NCBI GenBank assembly: GCA_964016885.1
Contig: OZ024742.1
Span: 97,154,001-97,218,000, forward strand
Reading direction: 5' to 3'
Source: Eledone cirrhosa
Lineage: Eukaryota
Length of the DNA stretch: 64,000 nucleotides
Shown piece by piece: positions 27,271 to 39,079 of the stretch (its first letter is position 1; the number at the start of each line of letters is the position of its first letter). The notes beneath the pieces are model-generated. The model was not told where the DNA came from. It made no database searches and saw only the letters and a program-made list of their open reading frames with translations. The position numbers and the translations under genes were made by a program.

Positions 27271-27934
27271 TATATATTTTTTTTTTTTAAATTGCTTGAA
27301 TCTTGCTTGCTCTTCTTCTCTCAATTTTATAGTTCTGGTATGTCAAATTAATACCATAGGACAACCACTCTACCTGTGGGGATATTGATCTCCTTTTTAT
27401 ATATATATATATATTAGAAAATGAGGTTTTTTTACAAAATGAAAAAAAAACGAGATGTCCTACACGAGAGAAAGTAAAGGAAAAAAGATGAAATTGAAAA
27501 TGCAACTGGAGTCTTTTCAAGAATATATATTTGTTTCCTTTACCGGTTTCACAGTTCTTATGCTATTCAAAAGTAGAATTGAGATGGAGGGTTTGTGGTT
27601 TTTCTCACCCCCAAGGGATAAGTGAGGTACTGAAGGATCAGTATAAAAGTTATTTCGCACCTCTAATGAGATATATGCAAATAAATAAGCCAGATTAGTT
27701 ACACAGTAGAATGACAATCATCAACTATATAGATCAGGCCAAATGCAGCTACTGTCTTTGATGAAAAAAGAACAAAATGAGATTTCATTCTATTATTTGT
27801 GTACGAGTTAGGAAGGTGGATTAGCAGTATCAGTAGGGGGTTTGACACACTGCTTCACAGCATACAGTTACGGCCCTATACTTTCTAGTTCAAATCCCTC
27901 CGATATTAGTTGTGTTGTTATTTCTGTTTACCTT

Positions 27935-27965
<31 letters not shown>

Positions 27966-28165
27966 AACACACAAACATAAATATATATAGTAATAATAAT
28001 AAATGTGAAGAATAAAATCCAAAGAGGGCTCGATAAGGATAAATATATATCAAATATATAAGAACCCTAGAGCAAATATTTATTAAAATAACACATTAAA
28101 GTTTAAGCATAGAATCGATGCTTCCCCCTTAACGGGATCTTCTGATATATATATATATATATATA

Positions 28166-28738
28166 TAAATAATCAAGGTTTAGCAAATAAGAAAAAGTTT
28201 TAAAATAAATTTTAAAATATTCACTGTACCTGCTATGGTTACCTTTACCATACGGTTTCGAGTCTCAAAAATAAATGGATAGTCCTTACGGGCCTCCATT
28301 GAAAAGAAAACCTCTCGCCAGAAGGTTCTTTTCACTCGGAGAATTAAAAATTCCCGAGTTCGAATTACGAACTGGCGCTATTCAAAATTGTTCCCAAGAT
28401 GAGAATGAATGATGTGGAAGCAATTCTGTCCAGTGCGGTGTGCAAAGATAGAAGGCAGAGGCGGAAAGGTCGATCTACTACCACTAGAAATAGCAGCAGT
28501 CAAAACTACCCAATGTTATCACAATAGCGCCAGTTCGTAATCCGAACTCAGGAATTTTATATTCTCCGAGTGAAAAGAACCTTCTGACGAGAGACTTTCT
28601 TTTCAATGGAGGCCCGTAAGGACTATCCATTTATTTTTGAGACTCGAAACCGTACGGTAAAGGTAACCATAGCAGGTACAGTGAATATTTTAAAATTTAT
28701 TTAAAAACTTTTTCTTATTTGCTAAACCTTGATTATAT
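28166..28738. mobile_element. Fold-back PLE-like element (family J), ~215-bp inverted arms, in (TA)n
   Basis: 28166-28382 is the near-perfect reverse complement of 28523-28738. Confidence 0.85.
28579..28664 (+). ncRNA. Type I hammerhead ribozyme motif with extended stem II
   Basis: acctt-CTGACGA-gag(49 nt incl. aatgga/tccatt and cc-GTAA-gg hairpin)ctc-GAAAC-cgtacg-GTA-aaggt; perfect stem I, palindromic stem III ACCGTACGGT. Confidence 0.75.
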
Positions 28739-28777
28739 ATGTTCTGGCTCGTTAATTTATTAACCTGCTTTAATAAC

Positions 28778-29097
28778 TGGATGGTTGTTTCCTTATTGTC
28801 AAAGCTCTTTACTCACACGTTCTGTAACTTCTTTTATTCTGTCCTACACCATCTTGTTTTTGTGTGTTGTGACACAAGTCACTAAAACAAGATGGTGTAG
28901 GGCAGAACAAAGGAGAGACAAAAATAACATATTATTCACAGAGAAGATCATAGAATGTGTGACGAAAAAGCTTTGACAATACAGAAATTACCATCCAGTT
29001 ATTTAAACAACCAACTGGAAATTCTTATTATATTAAAGTGAAAACCAACAGGTGCGCGTGTTTTTATTGGCAGCATGAACTTCCGAAAGTATAATAC
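28778..29097. mobile_element. Older fold-back copy of family B
   Basis: ctggatgg..ttgtcaaagct..ctacaccatcttgtttt / aaaacaagatggtgtaggg..agctttgacaat..ccatccag; ends aagtataatac like family B. Confidence 0.7.
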
Positions 29098-29134
29098 ACA
29101 AACACACAGACACACACACACATACCCACACACA

Positions 29135-29242
<108 letters not shown>

Positions 29243-31433
29243 GAACAACTTTCTATTCAACATGTTTAATTGAAAACGACTGAATTTCGTGTTTAATCTA
29301 TTTTGTTTAGCTTCTCATATATTCTATCTAGTGCACTGTTTTCAATGATATTAACAGATTTCTGAGGTGTGCCATATGTACCAAAAACATGTTATGTGCA
29401 TGTTATCACATTTAATGTATTGAGCAAAGAAAAAATGATTTTAATTAATAGGAATTATACCTACAATGAGAAGAAACACTTAGATTTAATGAACATTATT
29501 TTATAAAAGGACAAAGTACCGAACTTCCATATTTAAATTGGTTAAACATTAAACGGGGTTATGATGGGTGAATGACTTATTTTGGTAGTTCTGTCCTTAT
29601 TTGACTACTTCAAGCACACTATAACATGTAACTAGAGCAGTTATGAACAATAACGTTTCTAAGACCAGTGACTTTTCCCTATCTTCTCGGTCACATCTAC
29701 GAAATGAAATATATTGTACTGGTATGTTTTATTGATAAAACTTTGTAGAAAGCAGGAAGTATACTTATCTTAACCGGGTTTAATATTTTAACTCCAAGTT
29801 ACATAAAGCAAGCAGCAACTGTCCTTAATTTACCAGGGTGCTGTATCTATTTATTGAATATTAGTTTCTTTTTTTTTTTTGGTTATTAATAAATCTTCCA
29901 TAGTCAATCCTCTAGATTTGTGGAGAATTTTCTATACGATGTTATAAGCTAATGGTTTTCTATCATGTTTTGTTTAGTGTTCACAATTGTAACGAACTCC
30001 GATAGCGCTTTATTGCTAATACATGGTTGGTTGGTGATAAATTGTCGTACATGTGTTCCCAATTGCTCGTTGCTGTAATTGCATGTTTCGCTAGTAAGAT
30101 ATTGTCGCACATATGTGTCTAATGGCTTCTTGTTGTAAATGGATTATCCACTGGTGACAAAATGTTGTACGTGTGTCCAATGAAAGAGATGGAGTGAGGA
30201 AATTATCAACATTCATGTTTACATGAAATTAGAACGGCTATCTGATGTGTGATATGTAGCTTGCAGCTTTATCGTTATAAAAAAATGCAGTGGCTGTAAT
30301 AAATATATTCTTAGAGTTAATGTTTGATTGAAGGCGTTATAAGTAGCATTCAGTTTTATGTGATTTAAACTCTTATCATTCTGTAATGATTTAGCAGTAA
30401 TGACTAAAAAGGTTTCATAGAGTACAGTAACTTAAAAGTTAATGAATTATTTATTCGTCTATGATACATTTTATTCATGTAGAAAATTGTTTTACTGGGA
30501 GTTGTATTTGTTATATCTGGCAAATTGATGAGCGTAGTTCTATAGCTTTGTCTCCTAGTTGTTTCAAGTATTCCATTTTGAAATGTCTTTGTTGAATCAG
30601 TGGAATTCCATTCTCAAAATAAATTTTAATTCTCACGTCAGATGTGTTTTCACAGCATTCTATATCTGCGTATAAAGACTCTCACTAACACCATGCTTAT
30701 TCTTTTACAAGAGCCACATTTTAAAGGGGTTTTAGTCGATCATATCGACCTCTGAACACATATGTGTGGTATTTATTTTATCGATCTCTCTTCTTTTAAC
30801 CGCAAAGTTATGGAACAGGAACACATAGTTTCCCGTAATTTTAAATGTAACTTACATTATTCCATATATTTTTATAAATATATTTAAATTATAATTCACA
30901 TGTACTAGATATGGCGAAGGAGGGATTCCTACACAACCTATTTTACGAAGTAAGGTTTTACTTAAATCTTAATGAAAAACTAGACTTTAAAAAAAAAAAA
31001 AAATTCAAATTTTTAGTCAACCATGTAAGTTAGAGTATCATCAATGATATCACTGAAATATTATTTATAATGTTTATATATACGCATAACAATGGGATTT
31101 GAACCTAGAAAGTTCCCCTCCGAGACTCAAGTCAGGGCAAGGTTGTTTGTGAAAGACAAGCAGTAGCATATGCGTATCAGTCTCCCAACTCCTCGCCACC
31201 GATGGTGTCCAAGTGAAAGTCAAATGCCGATACAGCTTGGCACCAGTTACATCGCAACCAACGCTGCCGAAAGTTTTTTTCAAAACGTACAGAATTTTAC
31301 TAAATCCACCAATTACAATCAAAAACACTCTTTTTATACATATTTTTGAAGTTAACAACATTTATTGACGTAAGGGCATCAAAAAGAAACGTCATCTTCC
31401 TGAGCAGATTCTCTGTTGTACCAATTTGTTTCA

Positions 31434-31618
31434 AATAATTGTTTCTACTTTAGGAACAAGGCCAGCAATTACCCAGTGCATTACTGGTACTTTGTTTGAT
31501 CGACCCCGTAAGGATGAAAGGCAAAGTCAACCTAGGCGGGATTTGAACTCAGATCGTAAAGGGACGTAACTATACTGGAAAGCATGGCGTCCGACCCTCT
31601 ACCGATACTGCCAATCCA
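31434..31618 (-). mobile_element. tRNA-derived SINE
   Basis: Near-identical to copies at 22033 and 39556. Confidence 0.9.
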
Positions 31619-31619
31619 A

Positions 31620-32030
31620 ATGCTTTGCAAAGATGTTCATCGGGCTCCCACGTCGTGCAGTCGGCATGTCGTAACAAATATTTCGACCTAACAAGAGCGT
31701 TAAGAGTGCAATTTTTCAAACAATTTCGATTCTTTGTTTTAATAGAGTGGAGAACAGGGAAAATTCTTTTAGCCGCTGGGGAGGAGTGGGGTAAAGAAAG
31801 AAGACTAAGCATAAGAGATAACAGCAGAGGGTAACGGTTCTCATCGCCACACTTCTCTTGTGAGACAGGAAACCAACATTTTTCTGGATCGTTGTGCGGG
31901 ATGAAGGAAGAACTTTGACTCGTCAGGTGGCGCCATTCCTGATTTATCTCTTCGTAATCTTTCTCATCACAAAGACTTGGAAACCGCATAATAAGTGCGA
32001 TTCGCAACTCATTTCTAGAGCTGATTGAAC
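31620..32030 (-). pseudogene. hAT transposase C-terminal dimerization domain remnant
   Basis: EWRHL..W..V..YPLLLSLMLSLLSLPHSSPAAKRIFPVLHSIKTKNRNCLKNCTLNAL matches the hAT dimerization motif (P.SS..ER.FS...KTK.RN.L). Confidence 0.8.
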
Positions 32031-32049
32031 TGGAACAACATGAAATAAT

Positions 32050-32420
<371 letters not shown>

Positions 32421-33697
32421 AAATGAATGAGTATATAATAAATTGATAAAGACTAAAATCTAGAGCTACATATTTGGCATAGAATGCCTTTTTCAAAATT
32501 ACGAAAGAATATCGACATAGAATTATTATGTTATATTAATTGTTCTTTGGCAGCCGCTATATCGTTATCAACTATTAAGTCTTCTTACAAGCAGCTATCG
32601 TACGGATAGAACCCCAAAACGTTTGAGTAATCGTTGGTTTTGAACAACCTTTTAGTAAATAGCAATTGATGTTATATGACGCTGTTGCATTGTTAAAACA
32701 TTACTAGCTTTAACATCCTGACTGCTACCCGCTGGCTAAGCGCAAAATATAATTGAAATAGAATACGGAGCGATAGAAGTATTGTTAAATTGAATGAATA
32801 AGAGAGCCTTTCAGGGCAGTTAATACAATTTATATATAATAATATATTGTTACGGCTTAAATTCTAAAGCTAAATATCTCGACATAAAATGCCTTATTTA
32901 AAAGCACGAGTGAATAATAATATAAAGTTAGTATGCTTAAAATTTAGCTTTGGACTGCAATCTTTAATAATTTATCTATATAATGGTTTTTAATTTAGGC
33001 ACAAAGCCAACAATTTTTGGGAAGGGAAATCGATTATATCGACCGCGGTTCTTGACTGGTATTTTCTTTTATCGATCCATAACTATATGTGTGAAAGTAT
33101 GTTTATTTGACTTAAAACGTTAAGGTTTGTCTAATGTTCTTCACAAAACTTGGCACAAACATCTGGATCGACCCTAAAATATTCAATGAACAACATGTCT
33201 CATGTCCAAACTCATAGAGAGGTAAATCAAAGTGAAGGTTTTAATGGAATGGAAGGAGGGAGCTGACGAAACAAATATCCCCAAAAAGCTCGACAATTCT
33301 ATCTTGAAGACAACAGCCAACATGGTAAAAAGGTGGAGCAGAATGAAGTCCATAAAAATAGAATATATTCTTACTCATTTGACATTTCTGCTAAATACAC
33401 GCAATTTTCTCACACATCTCTCTGTGTATAAATTTATATATACGCATAATGTGTGATGTAGTGACTTTGAATATGTATGCATGTGTGCATGTTCAGATGT
33501 GTGTATGTATGTTCACCTGTGGTGGTGTTTATGTGTGTGGTTAGACTATGTGCGCGTATGCAAACCTTTAGATGTGTATATGCGTGTATCGTCAATCTCT
33601 ACCTCCCTCCCCTCTCTCTCTCTCTTTCTCTTTCTTTCTCTTTCTCTCTATATATATAATAATACATACATACCCCCCTCCCAATATATATATATAT

Positions 33698-33810
33698 ATA
33701 AAATATTAAAACAATGAAATTAAACAAAAAAAAACGGCTAATTCATAGTAAAACTCATTATTTTACTATGAATTAACCGTTTTTTGTTTAATTTCATTGT
33801 TTTAATATTT
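33698..33810. repeat. AT-rich fold-back hairpin adjacent to (TA)n
   Basis: aaatattaaaacaatgaaattaaac..taattcatagtaaaa-ctcatta-ttttactatgaatta..gtttaatttcattgttttaatattt. Confidence 0.75.
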
Positions 33811-33959
33811 CTATTTTTGACTCTGTGTCCAATTAATTATATCGTTGAAAATTTTGTATTTTAAACTTTGCTTCATGACATCTTCTACATACGGATTACA
33901 TTGAGTTCTTCATACGGTTTAGAACCTACCATTGATTGGTAGATTTATCTGTGTGTTTG

Positions 33960-33990
<31 letters not shown>

Positions 33991-34048
33991 GTATATTTGT
34001 TAATATAAGGAACTGTTTCTTTGTTTTTATTCATTATTTTTATTAATT

Positions 34049-34140
<92 letters not shown>

Positions 34141-34147
34141 TATATAA

Positions 34148-35095
34148 CGGCGATGAATTAGTTTTGTGAGGTTTTTTATATGAAATCGTGTGTCGAAACA
34201 AATATTGTTATACTTGGGGAGGGTCATATTTGTGTAATATTGCCAGAATTAATAACAGAACACACTCACTGTTTGGTTGGTTTTCGCTTTTCGTTTCTGT
34301 GTCTTTTATATCGGTAATCTAATGTACTCGGTCCTCAATGTTGCCATTGACTGACCGACGGTCAAAAATAATACAGATACGAACATGCCAGACAACAACA
34401 TGACGGTAACATAGACAACATAGAAATTAGAATAATATCTAAACATAGAAATGACCCAGCAGATGAGCAAATCAGAGAGGCCAGTGAAATAGAACTTAGA
34501 AGACCAAGACTAAACAGAAAGAATGAATGGAATAACAACAACACCCAAACAAACAACACTGACCTAAAAGAAGTATAAATAAATAAATAAGTAAATAAAA
34601 TAAAATAAAATAAATAAATAAATAAATACATACACAAGCACAATAACAACAAACACATAAACACACATTAGTCACCCAATCACGAACACACATCACACAT
34701 CAAACAAAACACTAGACACACACGCAAACGCATGCGCAAAGAAGACAAAATAAAATAAACAAACAAACAAGCAAATAAATAAATAAATATATAGACAGAC
34801 TGAATAAAAATGGCGTAGCCATACAATTCAACAGCAGGAACCAATAGCACCACTGACGATGTTGCAGATGTGCAACGAAAGATTTATGATAAACTATATA
34901 TATGTGTTTGTGTCTATACTGTATCTGTATTATTTTTGACCGTCGGTCAGTCAATGGCAACATTGAGGACCGAGTACATTAGATTACCGATATAAAAGAT
35001 ACAGAATCTAAAAGCGAAAACCAACCAAACAGTGAGTGTGTTCTGTTATTAATTCTGGCAATATTACACAAATATGACCCTCCCCAAGTATAACA

Positions 35096-35100
<5 letters not shown>
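34148..35100 (+). mobile_element. PLE 3' end (family C): inverted arms 34202-34380 / 34921-35099 enclosing GIY-YIG C-terminus and hammerhead motif
   Basis: YEHARQQHDGNIDNIEIRIISKHRNDPADEQIREASEIELRRPRLNRKNEWN at ~34380-34535; CTGACGA-t gttgca gatg tgcaac-GAAA at 34853-34880; (TA)n both sides. Confidence 0.8.
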
Positions 35101-35169
<69 letters not shown>

Positions 35170-35395
35170 ACACTAAGTGATATCACCCGATCCTGACATA
35201 ATACCTTGGCAACATCATCAGTTCCGGATTGCATAATTAGAAAATCAATAAAGGAATTACGACAAACAAAATTAGAGAAAAAATAATATACATTATTTGG
35301 AGATAGCGTGCGAATTTGGTGTTATTGTTGCTGCAAACCATCGCCGAATCTGCAGTAGTCACGTGATACCACATCTTGATGGATGATTTGCTTAA

Positions 35396-35750
35396 CGTAG
35401 AATGCTTTTCTTACATCATGGTTTGCTAACTGGAATGACCAGTTCCACCCACTGGTAACCCACACAACATAAATTGCATATATGCTGGAACAGGTAAAAG
35501 AGTAAAAGAGTATATATATATATTTGTTTCTACTTTAGGCACAAGGCCAGCAATTACCCAGTTCATTACTGGTACTTTATTGAACTGGGTAATTGCTGGC
35601 CTTGTGCCTAAAGTAGAAACAAATATATATATATACTATTTTACTCTTTTACCTGTTCCAGCATATATGCAATTTATGTTGTGTGGGTTACCAGTGGGTG
35701 GAACTGGTCATTCCAGTTAGCAAACCATGATGTAAGAAAAGCATTCTACG
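35396..35750. repeat. Near-perfect 170-bp fold-back with 15-nt loop, containing a SINE fragment; second hairpin 35753-35835 follows
   Basis: Arms 35396-35565 and 35581-35750, one mismatch seen. Confidence 0.9.
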
Positions 35751-35993
35751 GCGTAAAATGACAGGAGGCCGGACTGGTGAAGTTCCTTCACAGATTTATT
35801 AGGAATTTCACCAGTCCAGCCTCCTGTCATTTTACTCAATAATAATTAACTCCGTTCTCGCACCACCAACAAGATTCAACAACGAAGATGGATGAGTTGC
35901 ATACGTCGAGTGCTTTTCCTAATATTACATAATGGTTGACTATACGGAATCACCAGTTCTATCCAGTCGTGAACCAACAAATATATATATATA

Positions 35994-36120
35994 GTTATTC
36001 CGGGTTGAATCGAAGGTAATCAGAGTAAGTAAGGTACTCAATACATAGCAGAGTATAAAAGTTTTAATATAGATGAGATTCTACAGGACTAGAACTGTTT
36101 CATTCTTTAGAAATCATCAG

Positions 36121-36122
<2 letters not shown>
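35994..36122 (-). mobile_element. PLE-like end (family L) starting at a hammerhead core
   Basis: Minus strand CTGATGA-tttctaaagaat-GAAAC-agttcta-GTC; between (TA)n; same family as 47760-47957. Confidence 0.6.
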
Positions 36123-36180
<58 letters not shown>

Positions 36181-36469
36181 ATACACATACATATTTACAT
36201 ATATATATACATACATACATATATGCATGCATATAGACGGATGGATGAGGAATGTGTTTCTACAAGTGATGTTTGTAATTGAAATTCCGAGGGGAAATGC
36301 ATTATCAGTTAAGTGTATAAAAGAAATACACTTGAAGAAAACAAAAACTAATGGAGTTCAAGAAGGTATGTTTTCCCATATACACGAATTTGATGTATCT
36401 CAACGGAAACTAGATAATGAATGTAGCCCGTTAGTATTATTCTTTATTTGTTATAATAATTATAATGAT

Positions 36470-36876
36470 GGTTTCTACTTTAGGTGCAAGGCCAGCAATT
36501 TGAGGGGAGGGGAAAGTGCATTACTGGTACTTTATTTTATCGACCCCGTAAGGATGAAATGCAAGGTAACCTCGGCTGGATTTGAACACAGACCGTAAAG
36601 AGCCGCCAATCTATGCCGCAAAGCATATTGTCCGACACTCCACGGACTCTGACAATCCACCATTCGGATGGGCAGAATCGGTAAAGCGTCGAACAACATG
36701 CTTAGCTACATAGAGTTACGAGCCTTTACATTCTGACTTCAAATCTCGCCGAGGTTAGGTTTCCGTTCATCCTTACGGGGTCGATAAAATAGAGTACCAG
36801 TAATGTATAGTGGTCGATTTAACTAACTTTCCCACTCCACCTCCCAAATTCTGGGCCGTGTGCCTGTATCAGAAAC
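36470..36876. mobile_element. Two SINE copies head-to-head (minus 36470-36663, plus 36665-36876) ending in (AAC)n(AAT)n
   Basis: Both match the SINE consensus; junction caatccaccatt|cggatgggcagaatcgg. Confidence 0.8.
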
Positions 36877-36893
36877 AACAACAACAACAACAA

Positions 36894-36927
<34 letters not shown>

Positions 36928-36944
36928 AATAATAATAATAATAA

Positions 36945-37459
36945 TCTGAGAAATGGTATGAGCATAAGCCAGAGTCGGTGATAGAAAACGATCAGGTGAA
37001 GGTGCTATGGGATTGTAGGATACAGACGGACAAGAAAATGGAACACAATAGACCTGACCTGGTGGGTTTGGACAAGGAAAAAATATCTTGCCTGATTGTG
37101 GATGTGGCCTGCCCATTCGACACGAGAGTGCAAGAGAAGGAGAGGGAGAAAATTAACTGATACCAGGACTTAAAGTGGGAGGTAAAAAGGATTTGGAACT
37201 GCCATGAAGTCAAAGTGGTCCCGATTGTCATAGGCGCACTAGGTACTATCTCAAAAAGTTTCCAGGGATGGTTAAAGAAAATTGGCCCCGCCACGCTTTT
37301 TGGAACGCTTCAAAAGGCATGCTTGCTGGGAACAGCAAGAACCCTCCGATACGTCCTGAATATCTGAGGTTGCAGGTAGTGGCTTGATATTCATTTCAAC
37401 AAACTTTCCAGTTAACTAACATCAATGACTGAGACTCAAAGAACAATAATAATAATAAT
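36945..37459 (+). mobile_element. 5'-truncated R4/Dong-like LINE (RLE domain plus 3' UTR) flanked by (AAT)n
   Basis: VIENDQVKVLWD..HNRPDLV.LDK..IVDVACPFDTRVQEKEREKI; similar to 42260-42768; AAT repeats on both sides. Confidence 0.9.
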
Positions 37460-38010
37460 GCTTTCTTTATTAACCACAAGGGTTTACACAAAGTAGACTT
37501 TAAGGACAGTACAGGACAAAACAGGACGGTTTAAATGGGCATTTCTGCGTGTAAATAAACAAAAAAAAACAGAGGATGTAATAATAGAACAATGAAAAAT
37601 TCCCCAATAGGGGGGAGACTTCCGAGGGCCATCGTGGAGAAAGCCCATTAAAAAAAGCCACGGTGACCCTGACCACCAGGGCAATTGTCCTCTCCTAGTT
37701 TTCCACCTTCAATTTACAGGCATATACTCAGAGTAGCTCCACTCACTCGAGCCATTCTTGCCTCTCTCACACATCTTTTAACAAAAAGCTGGAAAGAGAG
37801 CACTTCCCTCTCTACCCTGATTTTCCTTTTCAAATGAAATTGGAAAAGGTTAATCAGGGCATCACCGAAGAGGTAAGTGCTCGTCTTCAGCCCTTTCAGA
37901 CGCGTCCACCATACTATCTCTTTCGCCATGGCCACCAGACAGATAAAAACTGCCTGCCCTTCCCGGCTAAAGGAAGAGGGCGGGGCAATCCTCACGATGG
38001 ATTCAGCTGA
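37460..38010 (-). mobile_element. 5'-truncated Tx1/L1-like LINE 3' end
   Basis: Homologous to 42769-43320 (ORF2 C-terminus AKEIVWWTR..FHLKRKIRVEREVL and 3' UTR with AATAAA). Confidence 0.85.
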
Positions 38011-39079
38011 AAGGGAAGAAAAAACGCACATGGTGGATATTTTGTTATGGAATCGCTCCCGTAAGTTTTTGATTTTTACATATTTAAAACAACTGTGATA
38101 GAATAATTCTTATTACAAATGAAACATAAGATTACAGTTTTTTTCTTTTACTCTCAGCAAGCGACAACTCATCACATTATGGCATAGGGCCCCAATATTT
38201 AATATTTAATTTTGGATCAGAAATGTTATAGTCAAAAAGAGGAAAATCGCTACGTGGACAGACAGGCAAATAATTTCACCACCAACACCACCACCGCCAA
38301 CATCACCACTACCACACCAAAAAATCTAGCCAAGCCAACTGTTACTTCAACTTCTATTTCTACTTCAACTTCAACACCATCACTACAGTACTACGATCAC
38401 ATCATCACCACCACCAAAAAAATCTAGCCAAGCCAACGATCACATCACCAATGCCACACCAAAAAATCTAGCCAAGCCAACAGTTACTTCAACCTCTAAT
38501 TCTACTTCAACTTCAACACCATCACTACAGTACTACGATCACATCACCACCACCACCACTGCCTTATTATGGCTACCGCCGCTATTCTCTCCCACTACCT
38601 CCTGCTCTGTACTACTATCACATGACCACCACCACCACTGCCTCATTATCTCTACCGCCGCTATTCTCTCCCACTACCTCCTGCTAAGACAGAGGGATTG
38701 TAGTATTCCCACTAAGTGAGGAAGGTATCAAAAGATATAAATAGACAGATTTGATGACCCGGTCAAAAAATCAAAAAATCAAAAATCAAGATCAAAACAG
38801 CACAGCAGCAACGAAAAACGTAAAGAAAAGAAAAAAATAAAAGAAAAACAAACAAACAAACAAACAAAAAAATAAGTCAGACATTCAAACATTACATTAC
38901 AATGAAACTTATGCTTATTTTTTAAAGTTTTTACCTATTTATTTGTTTATTTATTTATGTTCGTCTACAGCGTTATAGTGCCACGCTAAAATCACCGGGG
39001 TGATCAAATCACTGGCGGTGATGAAATCACCGGTGGTTATGTAACCATACATTCACCATTCCTCGATATGAGTGATTAA

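Noticed and set aside
38212-38690. Thr/Ser-rich ORF resembling a mucin exon
   Set aside because: Low-complexity (ACC/ACT) sequence with local tandem duplications and stops
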